This document shows positions 19,571-28,498 of a stretch of 64,000 bases of DNA, piece by piece. The stretch's first letter is position 1, and the number at the start of each line of letters is the position of its first letter. This stretch comes from Gemmatimonadales bacterium. Its GTDB lineage: Bacteria > Gemmatimonadota > Gemmatimonadetes > Gemmatimonadales > GWC2-71-9. The notes below the pieces were generated by a model. That model was not told where the DNA came from. It saw only the letters and a program-made list of their open reading frames with translations, and did no database searches. The stretch spans positions 168,576 to 232,575 of the forward strand of contig DATJKA010000047.1 in NCBI GenBank assembly GCA_035491815.1. The letters run 5' to 3'. The position numbers and the translations under genes are program-made.

Positions 19571-20655
19571 CGCTCCACGTAGAAGCGCAACACGTGCATG
19601 AAATCCTGCGCATTGGTGACGACGCCGTATGCCTGATGCGTGCCGCGATCGCGCAGCTTCGTGACCACGAACTCGGTCTGATCCACGCAGATCGTGGTCA
19701 GCGGCCGAATGTGCTCGGTGACCTCGTCATCGACGAACGCCGGCAACATGTTGCCCACGGCAATGGCATGTAACGCGGTCGCGACGAAAATCGCAAACGT
19801 CGCTTTCGACGTGTGCGCGCGCATCGCGTCCTGCGCCGCTAGCGTGTCGGGAATGACGTCCGGCAACGGCCCGTCGTCCCGGATCGATCCCGCGAGCACG
19901 TACGGGATCCGGTTCTGCACGAGCGCATGCATGATGCCGCTCTTCACCGTTCCCTGCGTCACCGCTTTTTCGATCGATCCCGCGCGCCGGATCGCGTTGA
20001 TCGCGCGCATGTGCAACCCGTGCCCGCCTTCCACGCTTTCCCCGGAGCTGGACATCCCCAGCGTGGTCCCGAAGATCGCCGCCTCGAGGTCGTGTACAGC
20101 GACGGCGTTGCCACCCAGCAGCGTCTGACAGTAGCCGTTCTCGATGAACCAGATCATGTCTTCCCGCGCGCGGGCATGCACGAGCGCCGGTCCGATCACC
20201 CAGAGAATCCTGCCGCCACGGACCTTCTCCGTGCCCAGCAGCTCCGCGAGCACGCTGTAATCGACGGGTCGCTCGCGCGAGACTTCCGCGGACATGAAGC
20301 GGAATTCGTTCGCGCTGCGTGTGCCGCCGAGAAATCCCTCGACGTGCACGAAGATGCCCTCAGATCCGTCCTCCGCCGCGCCGACCGCGACTCTGTCCCC
20401 GCGGCGCACGCGTCGCGGCTCGGTGACGACGAGGTCGTCGCTGCCGCCCTGGACGATGACGCAATCCATGCGGGGCAAACGCGGCCGGCGCCATCCGCTC
20501 GGCAGTTTCACGTAGGTCGGCAGGTTAGTCGTCGAAAAAAAACCGTCGGGCAAAACCCCGTCGGCTGGTGCGGGCGTAAACCGCGCGTCGGGGGCGCCCG
20601 ATAACGGCGGCGCAGAGAGATTCGGGGGTCTGTACTGAAAGCGCGGGGGGCTCAC
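19534..20655 (-). CDS. TIGR00300-like protein (related to LOR/SDH-type archaeal ornithine cyclodeaminase family)
   Basis: 373 aa. The motifs ...GPALVHA..., ...GGNAVAVHDLEAAIFGTTLGM..., ...GHGLHMRAINAIRRAGSI... and ...LAGSIRDDGPLPDVI... match my recollection of this family. This was not verified by search. Confidence 0.5.
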   Translation of the reverse strand: MSPPRFQYRPPNLSAPPLSGAPDARFTPAPADGVLPDGFFSTTNLPTYVKLPSGWRRPRLPRMDCVIVQGGSDDLVVTEPRRVRRGDRVAVGAAEDGSEGIFVHVEGFLGGTRSANEFRFMSAEVSRERPVDYSVLAELLGTEKVRGGRILWVIGPALVHARAREDMIWFIENGYCQTLLGGNAVAVHDLEAAIFGTTLGMSSSGESVEGGHGLHMRAINAIRRAGSIEKAVTQGTVKSGIMHALVQNRIPYVLAGSIRDDGPLPDVIPDTLAAQDAMRAHTSKATFAIFVATALHAIAVGNMLPAFVDDEVTEHIRPLTTICVDQTEFVVTKLRDRGTHQAYGVVTNAQDFMHVLRFYVERWQASAPAVLHR

Positions 20656-20688
20656 AGGCCGGTGAAAATACCCGGATGGAGTCGGCGT

Positions 20689-22917
20689 TCACAAGAGTGA
20701 AACCGGATCACGATCGACCGTCACCGCACGATGCGATTTTGCCCGCCACGCGCGCACCACGCGTCCCAGCACGCGCGGCTCCGCCGACTTCACGAGCACG
20801 TGCCAGCGCCACTTCCCCTTCAGGCGCATGAGAGGACACGGCGCCGGGCCGAGCACGGTCAGCTGGTCGTCCAGGCGCTCGCGGGAGGCCCGGCGCAGCC
20901 AACCGGCCACCTTTTCGCCGAGATCGGCGGTACGGGCGTGATCGTCGGTCGCGATCACGAAGCGCACGAGCCCCGTGCGCGGTGGATACGGCGGGTTCGG
21001 CGGCGAACGCAGCGGCAGCTCCGCCGCCGCAAACTGCGAGACCGAGTGCGCCGCCGCCGCCCGAATGGCGTGGTGCGCCGGCGCCCGCGTCTGCACGAAC
21101 ACGCGGCCACCCTGCCGACCTCGACCCGCCCGGCCGGCAACCTGGGCCACAAGCTGAAACGTGCGCTCGCCGGCGCGAAAGTCGGGAAAATGCAGCCCCG
21201 TATCGGCATCCACGACACCGACCACGGTGACATTCGGGAAATCGAGCCCCTTCGCGATCATCTGGGTGCCGAGCAAGATGTCCACCTCGCCGCGCCCCAC
21301 ACGCTCGAGGATGTGATGGTGTGCCCATTTGCTCGTCGTGGTGTCGAGATCCATGCGGGCGATCCGGGCGCGGGGATAGCGCATGCCGAGGAAGTGCTCG
21401 AGCTGCTGTGTCCCAAGACCCCGCAGCCGCTGCGTCGCGGCGCCACAGACTGCGCAGGTGTCAGGGATGGTCTCCTCGTGACCGCAATAGTGACACCGCA
21501 TCGCCGGCGGAGCCTGGTGCACCGTCAGCGCAATGGCGCAGTTCGGGCAGTTGGGCACGTTGCCGCAGGCGGGGCACTGCACGAAGGTCGCAAAGCCGCG
21601 ACGATTGAGCAGCAAGATCACCTGCTCGCCGCGCTCGAGCGCGCCGAGTACCGCGGCGTCGAGGGGCTCACTCCAGGGAATCGCGCCTGCCTCGGCGATG
21701 CGCGGCGCTTCGCGCAAGTCTACGATCTCCACCGGCGGGAGCGGCCGCGAGCCTACGCGTTCGGGCAAGGCAAACGTGACGATGCGCTGGTCGCTGAGTG
21801 TCTCGAGCGACGGCGTTGCGCTGCCGAGTATGACGCGCGCGTTCTCGAGCTGCCCGCGCATGAGCGCGACGTCGCGCGCGTGATAGCGCGGTGCGCTGCC
21901 CTGCTTGTAGCTCGGCTCATGCTCCTCATCGACGACGATTGCGCCGAGCCGTTGGACCGGCGCGAAGATGGCAGAGCGCGGTCCGACGGCAACCATGCGC
22001 TCGCCGCGCCGCAGCGCGCGCCACGCGTCGGCGCGCTCGCCATCGGAAAGGCCCGAGTGCAGCACCGCCACCTGATCGCCGAAGACCCCGCGCACCCGCG
22101 CGACGGTCTGTGGCGTCAGCGAGATCTCGGGAACCAAGAGGATGGCTCCCTTGCCCGCCGCCACGACGGTTCTGAGTACGTCCAAATAGACGAGCGTCTT
22201 TCCGGACCCGGTGACACCGTGAATCAGGACCGGCGTATCGACCGGCGTCGCGGCGATGCCCTGCACGACCGCCTGCTGAGCGGCTGTCAGCGTCGGCGGC
22301 GGTGGCGACGAGAGATCGGCAAAGGGGTCGCGCATTTCCGGCACGCGCTCGATGCGCGCGAGTCCCTGCTGCACGAGTCCGTCGAGCGCGCTCTGCGAGA
22401 GCTTGAGCTGGCGCACGAGATGCGAGACCGGCGCGGAACCGCCCAGGGCTTCGACGGCCTCGTACACCTCGCGGCGCTTCGGGGCGCGCTTGAAGCGGCG
22501 GTCGCGCTCGAGCAGCGAGTCGACGCCGTTGCCGGTGAGCACGAACAGCCGCTCCGCGGCCGGCGCCGGCCCCGCTGGCCGCGCGATGCTCCAGAGTGGA
22601 CCGGGCAGAATCGCGCGCAGCGCGAGCCCGAGGGGCGCCCCATAGTAATCGGAGATCCAGCGGCCCAGCTCGAGCAGCGATGGCGATAATGCCGGCTCGG
22701 CGTCCGGCGCCGCGGCGAGCGGCTTGATCCCGACGCCGGCCGGCGGCGCGGCAACGTCGAGGCCAGTGACGATGGCGACGACGCTGCGCCGCCGCAGTGG
22801 CACGACGACGCGCGCGCCCGGAACGACGCGGTCCGTGAGCGCGGCGGGGACTTCGTAGATGTAGGGACGGCTGACCGGGACGGGGAGAACGACCGCCGCG
22901 TAGCGCGGCGCCGTCAT
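20689..22917 (-). CDS. priA: primosomal protein N' (replication restart helicase)
   Basis: 742 aa with Walker A HGVTGSGKT, DEEH, and the Cys-rich insert CPACG..CPNC...C.YCG...CAVCG. Confidence 0.9.
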   Translation of the reverse strand: MTAPRYAAVVLPVPVSRPYIYEVPAALTDRVVPGARVVVPLRRRSVVAIVTGLDVAAPPAGVGIKPLAAAPDAEPALSPSLLELGRWISDYYGAPLGLALRAILPGPLWSIARPAGPAPAAERLFVLTGNGVDSLLERDRRFKRAPKRREVYEAVEALGGSAPVSHLVRQLKLSQSALDGLVQQGLARIERVPEMRDPFADLSSPPPPTLTAAQQAVVQGIAATPVDTPVLIHGVTGSGKTLVYLDVLRTVVAAGKGAILLVPEISLTPQTVARVRGVFGDQVAVLHSGLSDGERADAWRALRRGERMVAVGPRSAIFAPVQRLGAIVVDEEHEPSYKQGSAPRYHARDVALMRGQLENARVILGSATPSLETLSDQRIVTFALPERVGSRPLPPVEIVDLREAPRIAEAGAIPWSEPLDAAVLGALERGEQVILLLNRRGFATFVQCPACGNVPNCPNCAIALTVHQAPPAMRCHYCGHEETIPDTCAVCGAATQRLRGLGTQQLEHFLGMRYPRARIARMDLDTTTSKWAHHHILERVGRGEVDILLGTQMIAKGLDFPNVTVVGVVDADTGLHFPDFRAGERTFQLVAQVAGRAGRGRQGGRVFVQTRAPAHHAIRAAAAHSVSQFAAAELPLRSPPNPPYPPRTGLVRFVIATDDHARTADLGEKVAGWLRRASRERLDDQLTVLGPAPCPLMRLKGKWRWHVLVKSAEPRVLGRVVRAWRAKSHRAVTVDRDPVSLL

Positions 22918-23942
22918 TTGCGTTTGACGCCGAGACCGGGTTCCGTGGGGAGGCGGATCTGGCCGCGCTCGATCGTGGCGCCGGTGAAGGGGTCGTCCAC
23001 GGTGAGCGCCGCCCCGTCGAGATCGGCCGCGTCCACCAGCGGCGTGAAGTGCGCGGCCGCCGTGATCCCGAGCGACGTCTCGATCATGCAGCCCACCATG
23101 ACGAGCATGCCGTGCGCTCGTGCCGTCGCGATCATGCGCAGCGCTTCACGCAGCGAACCGCACTTGGCCAGCTTGATGTTGATGCCGTCCACGCGCCCGG
23201 CGAGGCGCGGAATGTCGGTCGCGACGAGGCAGCTTTCGTCCACCACGACGGGAATGTGATGCGCGCCGGCAACGCGGCGGACCTCCGCGAGGCCATCGAG
23301 ATCGTCCGGGACAAGCGGCTGCTCGAGAAATTCGACGCCGAACTCCTCGAGCTTCGGGATCATCTCTTTGGCGCGCGCCACCGTCCAGCCGGCGTTCGCA
23401 TCGACGCGGACCGGCTTGTCGGTCGCGTCGCGGATCGTGCGCAGAATCTCCTCGTCGCGATCGGTGCCAAGCTTCACTTTCAGGATCGGATACTGCTCGG
23501 CCTCGCGCACCTTCGCGCGCATCTTTTCGGGCGAATCGAGGCCGATCGTGAACGAAGACAGCGGCGCCTTCGTGGGATCGAGTCCCCACAACCGCCAGAC
23601 CGGCTGCTGGAGCCTTTTGCCCACGAGGTCGTGCAATGCCGCCGACAGCGCGGCGCGCGCCGACCAGTTCTTGGGCAGCACCTCCGCCCAGCGCGTCTCC
23701 GCCGCCTCGAGATCGAACGGATCTTTTGGCAGCTCGCGGCCGAGCCGGTTGAACGCCGCGAGTACCGTGTCGAGCGATTCGCCGTAGAAGGACGACGGAT
23801 CCGCCTCGCCCCACCCTTCCACGCCGTCGCGGTCTTGCAAGCGTACCCACGCGCGAGTGTACCCGTCCGTCGAGCCGCGCGCGATCTTGAACGGATGGCG
23901 CGTGCTGATCGTCACCTGCTCGACGCTGAGCTTCAGAGCCAT
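22914..23942 (-). CDS. dipeptide epimerase (enolase superfamily, L-Ala-D/L-Glu epimerase-like)
   Basis: The start is taken at MALKLSVEQVTISTRHPFKIARG... (23942). The MR/MLE family pattern is present. ATGA overlap with priA. Confidence 0.75.
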   Translation of the reverse strand: MALKLSVEQVTISTRHPFKIARGSTDGYTRAWVRLQDRDGVEGWGEADPSSFYGESLDTVLAAFNRLGRELPKDPFDLEAAETRWAEVLPKNWSARAALSAALHDLVGKRLQQPVWRLWGLDPTKAPLSSFTIGLDSPEKMRAKVREAEQYPILKVKLGTDRDEEILRTIRDATDKPVRVDANAGWTVARAKEMIPKLEEFGVEFLEQPLVPDDLDGLAEVRRVAGAHHIPVVVDESCLVATDIPRLAGRVDGINIKLAKCGSLREALRMIATARAHGMLVMVGCMIETSLGITAAAHFTPLVDAADLDGAALTVDDPFTGATIERGQIRLPTEPGLGVKRK

Positions 23943-24979
23943 CGCTGCTTCTTGAGCCACCAGATGATGATGAGCGATACCGCGGCCATGGTGATCAGCG
24001 CGCCGTAGAAGCCGAACGGCTCGTGCGTCCACGGCATCTGGCTGAAGTTCATCCCGAAGATCCCGCCGATCACGACGAGCGGCAGCGCGATCGTCGCCAC
24101 GATCGAGAGCTGCTTCATCACGCGGTTCATGCGGTTCGACGTCTGCGAGAGGTACGTTTCCAACACGCCGGCGAGGAGGTCGCGCACGGTGTCCACCGAC
24201 TCCACAATGCGAATCGTGTGATCGTAGACGTCGCGGTAATACAGCTGCGTCTCAGACCGGATGTACGGGTTCGGCCGGTTCGTCAGGACGTTGGCGACCT
24301 CGCGCAGCGGGCCGACGTGCCGCCGCATCGAGAATGCCGCGCGCTTGGCCTTGAAGATCTCGTGGATCAGCTTCTCGTCGAACTGCTCGAACAGCCGTTC
24401 CTCGAGGCCGTCCACCATCACGTTCAATTCTTCGACCAGCGGAAAGTACGCGTCCACCGACTGGTCGATCACGTTGTGCATCGCCATGTCCACGCCGCGC
24501 GCCAGCAGCTCGGGACTGCGGATCAAGCGGTCGCGAACCGCGCCGCAACTCTTCGATGGCAGCGCGTGGACCGTGACGAGGACGCTCTTCCCGAGGAAGA
24601 AATAGAGATTCGACGTCGCGAGGTCGAACGGCTCGGACGTACCTTCGTCGAAGCGAATCACGGACATCACGACGAAGATGTAGCGGTCGTATTCCTCGTA
24701 CTTCACGCGGCTGCCCGGCGACAACGTGTCCTCGATCGCCAGCGGATGGAATTCGAAGACTTTCTCGAGCAGCGCGTGCTGGTGCATGTTGGTGCTGTCG
24801 ATGTCGACCCACAGCAGCCCTTCGCCGCTTTGGGCCACCTCGCGGAGGCGCGCCGGCTCGAGATCTTGCTCGACCGCGCCGTCGGGCCGGCGATAGATGC
24901 TGGGCGGCCAGTTCTTGGAGGCAGGCGGGCTCGTGACGGTCACGGGCTCAAGATAGCGCGCCCACGTGCGCGACGACAC
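23933..24979 (-). CDS. corA: magnesium/cobalt transporter CorA
   Basis: 348 aa with the C-terminal ...GIFGMNFSQMP... (GMN motif) between two TM helices. Confidence 0.9.
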   Translation of the reverse strand: MSSRTWARYLEPVTVTSPPASKNWPPSIYRRPDGAVEQDLEPARLREVAQSGEGLLWVDIDSTNMHQHALLEKVFEFHPLAIEDTLSPGSRVKYEEYDRYIFVVMSVIRFDEGTSEPFDLATSNLYFFLGKSVLVTVHALPSKSCGAVRDRLIRSPELLARGVDMAMHNVIDQSVDAYFPLVEELNVMVDGLEERLFEQFDEKLIHEIFKAKRAAFSMRRHVGPLREVANVLTNRPNPYIRSETQLYYRDVYDHTIRIVESVDTVRDLLAGVLETYLSQTSNRMNRVMKQLSIVATIALPLVVIGGIFGMNFSQMPWTHEPFGFYGALITMAAVSLIIIWWLKKQRWL

Positions 24980-25844
24980 CGGCCGCGAGCAAATCGAGCC
25001 GATAGCCGCCTTCCAGCACGCCGACGACCGGTCGTGTCCCCATGCGCTCGCGCAGCGCGTGCGTCCAGTCGGTGATGTCGTCCGGCTCGAGCGTGAACTC
25101 GCCGAGGGGATCGCCGTTCAGCGAATCGAACCCCGCGGAGATGAGCAGGAGATCGGGCGCGAAACCGTCCAGCGCGGCGTCCACGCCGGCGAGCAAGTCG
25201 CGCGCGTACGTCGCGCGCGGCAGCCCACCGGGTCGCGGCACGTTGAAGACGTTGCCGACACCGCGCTCATCGGCGGCCCCGGTGCCGGGATACCACGGGT
25301 ACTGGTGCATCGAGACGAACCGAATCGAGGGATCGTGCTCCACGAGTGCTTGCGTGCCGTTGCCGTGGTGCACGTCCCAATCAACGATCAGCACGCGCGC
25401 GCAGCCGCGCTGCTGCGCGTGCCGGGCGGCGAGAACGACGTTATTGAGGAAGCAGAAGCCCATCGCGCGGGCGGCGAGGGCGTGGTGGCCGGGCGGGCGC
25501 GTAATCGCGAATGCGCTGCCCGCTTTCAACGCCTCATCGACGGCTCGCATGGCGACGCCGGCCGAGGCGAGCACGCTTTCCCAGCTGCGGGGCCCGAGAA
25601 ATGTGTCCGCGTCCAGCGCGCCGCCCCCGCGCGCCGCCAAGGCCGCGAGCAGGTCGACGTATTCCGCCGGATGCACCAGCTCGAGCGCTGCGCGCTCCGC
25701 CGGCGCCGCTTCGACCCACGTCACCGCCGTTAGGCCCGGCCGCCGCAGCGCCTCCAGTACCGCTTCGAACCGCTGCGGGCGCTCCGGATGGCCGGCACCG
25801 CCGTAGTGGTGCCGGCAGGCCGGGTTCCAGACGACTGCCGGCAC
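24948..25844 (-). CDS. histone deacetylase-family amidohydrolase (AcuC/APAH-like)
   Basis: The GTG at 25844 shares its G with the upstream TAG (CTAGTG). Catalytic motifs PPGHHA, DWDVHHGNG, SAGFD and EGGY are present. Confidence 0.85.
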   Translation of the reverse strand: MPAVVWNPACRHHYGGAGHPERPQRFEAVLEALRRPGLTAVTWVEAAPAERAALELVHPAEYVDLLAALAARGGGALDADTFLGPRSWESVLASAGVAMRAVDEALKAGSAFAITRPPGHHALAARAMGFCFLNNVVLAARHAQQRGCARVLIVDWDVHHGNGTQALVEHDPSIRFVSMHQYPWYPGTGAADERGVGNVFNVPRPGGLPRATYARDLLAGVDAALDGFAPDLLLISAGFDSLNGDPLGEFTLEPDDITDWTHALRERMGTRPVVGVLEGGYRLDLLAAGVVAHVGALS

Positions 25845-26092
25845 TAGTTGTGGTGTTGAGTGTGCAGCAGCTCGCGCAGCGACTCGACCTCGCGCTTCAT
25901 CTCGCGGCGCGCGTTCGCGAGCTCGCGTAGCACGCGGCGGTAGCGGAACCAACCGAGGACCACGAGCACCGCCGCGACGCCGCAGACGATCGCCCATGCC
26001 ACATGATCGATCAACACGAGCAGCGCGGCGTTCAGGAGTAGAAATCCGGTCGCGAAGATCGTGGCGGCGCGGGTGAACGCGTATGTGGTCAT
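25844..26092 (-). CDS. small membrane protein (2 TM helices plus charged C-terminal helix)
   Basis: 82 aa, MTTYAFTRAATIFATGFLLLNAALLVLIDHVAWAIVCGVAAVLVVLGWF..RELANARREMKREVESLRELL. ATGA overlap with the upstream gene. Confidence 0.55.
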   Translation of the reverse strand: MTTYAFTRAATIFATGFLLLNAALLVLIDHVAWAIVCGVAAVLVVLGWFRYRRVLRELANARREMKREVESLRELLHTQHHN

Positions 26093-26364
26093 CGAACGGG
26101 GAGCCGGCGGGCCGGCAGCACGATGAAGGGCGCGTTGGGGCCGGCGCCGAGCGCCTCGAGCGTCAGCGATTCGTCCAGCACCGCGGCGCCGCGGTACTTC
26201 ACGACATACTCCTGGTCGGGCAGCTGCGCATGCTTGAGGGCGGCGCGGAGCGCGTCGCGCTTCAGCTGCACGACCGTCGTGCCGTCCTCGACCTGCACAT
26301 GCACCTGATCCCAGGCATCCGTGACCATGACGCGCACGGCAAATCGCGTCGCGACGTCGCTCAC
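26089..26364 (-). CDS. small soluble protein with ubiquitin/beta-grasp-like sequence pattern
   Basis: 91 aa with GTGA overlap to the upstream gene. The pattern VRVMV..W..VHVQVEDGTTVVQLKRDAL......P..YVVKYRGAAVLDESLTLEALG......FIVL resembles the ubiquitin secondary-structure order. There is no C-terminal GG. Confidence 0.5.
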   Translation of the reverse strand: MSDVATRFAVRVMVTDAWDQVHVQVEDGTTVVQLKRDALRAALKHAQLPDQEYVVKYRGAAVLDESLTLEALGAGPNAPFIVLPARRLPVR

Positions 26365-26636
26365 GCGACCTCCACGGCAGCCGCGAGGGGGAGAGTAGAG
26401 AAGAAGCGATCGATCGCCTGGTCGAAGAACAAGGTGGAGGCACGGACGCGAGTCTGTCCGTTCTCCACCCAGGCACTGATGACGACCTCTTCCCCGCCCT
26501 GCCCGCGCAGGCCGAGAAACGTCGGCCCCCGCTTCTCCACGTACGCCGCCTGGGCCGGGACGCGCTCGGCAAAGAACTGTTGGGCGCGCGCCAGCACGTC
26601 GGCAGGCGGGAGCGATACCGCAGTGGTGTGGGTCAT
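26361..26636 (-). CDS. small hypothetical protein
   Basis: 91-aa ORF, first of three coupled small genes. No family recognised. Confidence 0.45.
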   Translation of the reverse strand: MTHTTAVSLPPADVLARAQQFFAERVPAQAAYVEKRGPTFLGLRGQGGEEVVISAWVENGQTRVRASTLFFDQAIDRFFSTLPLAAAVEVA

Positions 26637-26665
26637 GGAGCGAAAAAGATAGCGTCTCGCGGAGC

Positions 26666-28216
26666 TCAGCGCGCGGCGATGCAGCGATCGGCCTCCGCGA
26701 GGATCTGCTGCAGCTGGTCGAGGTCCACCGGTTTGGTCAGGTGATGATTGAAGCCCGATTCCGCCGAGCGCCGGCGGTGCTCCTCCATCCCCCAGCCGGT
26801 GAGGGCGACGAGCACGACGTCCTTCGCCCAGGGCTTCCCCCGCAGCTGGGTGGCCAACTCGTAGCCGTTCATCTTGGGCAGCCCGATGTCGAAAATGCAG
26901 ACGTCCGGCCGAAACTCGTCGGCGATGTCCAACCCACGGCTTGCGTTGTTCGCCGTGCGCACGTCGTGTCCCATCATCTCCAGCAGCATGGCCAGGCTGT
27001 CCACGGAATCTTCGTTGTCGTCCACCACCAGCACGCGGCAGTGCTTGGGCGATGCGAGCAACTGGGTCTCGTCCGACGGCTCATCCGGCGCGTGCTGCGG
27101 CGACACGGTGGGTAGCCGCACTGTGAACTCGCTGCCCTGGCCGGCGCCGCGACTGTATGCGGTCACCGTCCCCTCGTGGAGCTTCACCAGCCGCTCGACG
27201 AGCGCGAGCCCCACGCCGAGCCCGCCTTGCGAGCGCTCCAACGACATCCCGGCTTGGGTGAACATGTCGAAGATGCGTGGCAAGAGCTCCGATGGAATGC
27301 CGATGCCGGTGTCCTTCACGCGGATCACGGCCATCCCGTCCTCGCGCTCTGCGGAAAGCCCGATGTGGCCGCCGGAGTTGGTGTATTTCGCCGCGTTGTC
27401 GAGCAGGTTCGTGACGACTTGCGTGAGACGCGCCGTGTCGCCGTTCACGAACAATGGCGCGCGCGGCAACGTGACCTTCAGATGGTGATGCGACCGCTCG
27501 ATCGCCGGGGTGCCCGCTTCCACCGCCGCCTTGAGGATATCCGCGACGTCCACACGGTCGCGCCGCAGCTCGATCCGCCCGCGCGTAATCCTGGAGACAT
27601 CGAGCAGATCCTCCACCAACCGGCTCATGTGCTCCGACTGCCGCTCGATGATACTGGTGGCCCAGGCGAGCTCGTCGGGCGATGGCGTGCGGGCACGCAG
27701 AATCTTGGCCGCGTGGCGAATCGGGCCGAGCGGGTTGCGCAGCTCGTGGGCGAGCAGCGCGATGAACTCGTTCTTGCGAAGGTCGGCTTCCTCGAGCTCG
27801 CGCAGGGCGCGCTTCTGGAGCGTGATGTCGCGCGCGACCTTCGAGGCGCCGGTGATGACGCCGTCCGCATTGCTGATCGGCGAGATCGTGACGGAGACGT
27901 CGATCAGGCGTCCACTTTTCGTTTTGCGAACGGTGGCGAAGTGATCGATGCGCTCGCCGCGCCGCAGCCGCGCGATAATGGCTTCTTCTTCGTGGATGCG
28001 GTCCTCGGGAATGAGAATCTTGACGATCGGCTGGCCGATGGCTTCCTCGGCTGTATATCCGAAGATCCGCTGCGCGGCGGCATTCCATGACGTGATGATG
28101 CCGTCCAACGACTTGCTGATGATCGCATCGTCGGACGATTCCACGATCGCCGCCAGCAGCGCGGTGCTGTCGGGCTCAACCGGCGGGAGGGGCTTCGGCA
28201 AGAGGTCGTCAGGCAT
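26666..28216 (-). CDS. hybrid sensor histidine kinase/response regulator (PAS-HisKA-HATPase_c-REC)
   Basis: 516 aa with a PAS region (SLDGIITSWNAAAQRIFGY), H-box LAHELRNPL, N/G boxes and a C-terminal receiver (VLVVDDNEDS...DIGLPKMNG...KP). Confidence 0.85.
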   Translation of the reverse strand: MPDDLLPKPLPPVEPDSTALLAAIVESSDDAIISKSLDGIITSWNAAAQRIFGYTAEEAIGQPIVKILIPEDRIHEEEAIIARLRRGERIDHFATVRKTKSGRLIDVSVTISPISNADGVITGASKVARDITLQKRALRELEEADLRKNEFIALLAHELRNPLGPIRHAAKILRARTPSPDELAWATSIIERQSEHMSRLVEDLLDVSRITRGRIELRRDRVDVADILKAAVEAGTPAIERSHHHLKVTLPRAPLFVNGDTARLTQVVTNLLDNAAKYTNSGGHIGLSAEREDGMAVIRVKDTGIGIPSELLPRIFDMFTQAGMSLERSQGGLGVGLALVERLVKLHEGTVTAYSRGAGQGSEFTVRLPTVSPQHAPDEPSDETQLLASPKHCRVLVVDDNEDSVDSLAMLLEMMGHDVRTANNASRGLDIADEFRPDVCIFDIGLPKMNGYELATQLRGKPWAKDVVLVALTGWGMEEHRRRSAESGFNHHLTKPVDLDQLQQILAEADRCIAAR

Positions 28217-28231
28217 CAGGGCAGCCCCGGC

Positions 28232-28272
28232 AAAAAGAAATGCCGGGGCGCTTTCAAGAAGAACGCCCCGGC
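28232..28272 (-). terminator. intrinsic terminator after the small basic-protein gene
   Basis: Minus-strand RNA reads GCCGGGGCG-uucuucuugaaag-CGCCCCGGC followed by AUUUCUUUUU. It starts 17 nt after the stop at 28290. Confidence 0.65.
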
Positions 28273-28289
28273 ACGAGCCATGTCAAGCG

Positions 28290-28481
28290 TCAGCGCGAGC
28301 CGCGCCGGCGCGGAACTTTGGCGCCCTTCTTCCTGGCTTCCGAAAGCCCGATCGCGATCGCCTGCTTGCGGCTCTTCACGCGACCGCCCCTGCCACCGCG
28401 CCCGCTGCGCAGGGTTCCGGTCTTGCGACGATGCATCGCGCTCTTGACGCTGCGGCTCGCCGCTCGCCCATATCGTGGCAT
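28290..28481 (-). CDS. small basic protein, DUF6496-like
   Basis: 63 aa. It shares ...KQAIAIGLSEARKKGAK with the product of 44855-45277 (...KQAIAIGLSKARRAGVE). Confidence 0.55.
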   Translation of the reverse strand: MPRYGRAASRSVKSAMHRRKTGTLRSGRGGRGGRVKSRKQAIAIGLSEARKKGAKVPRRRGSR

Positions 28482-28498
28482 GACGACCTCCAGTTGCG

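Noticed and set aside
20535-20542. A8/T8 homopolymer inside a CDS as a phase-variation switch.
   Set aside because: It is a single short tract with no supporting evidence of variability. It is noted inside the pdaD-cluster finding rather than called as a feature.
20731-22689. 652-aa plus-strand ORF.
   Set aside because: It is antisense to priA, which has unambiguous helicase motifs. It is Arg/His/Asp-rich and low in complexity.
25844-26572. 242-aa minus-strand ORF spanning the small-gene region.
   Set aside because: Only its last 82 codons (from MTTYAF..) look like a protein. The upstream part overlaps the two 91-aa ORFs in another frame and is Arg/Ala-rich.
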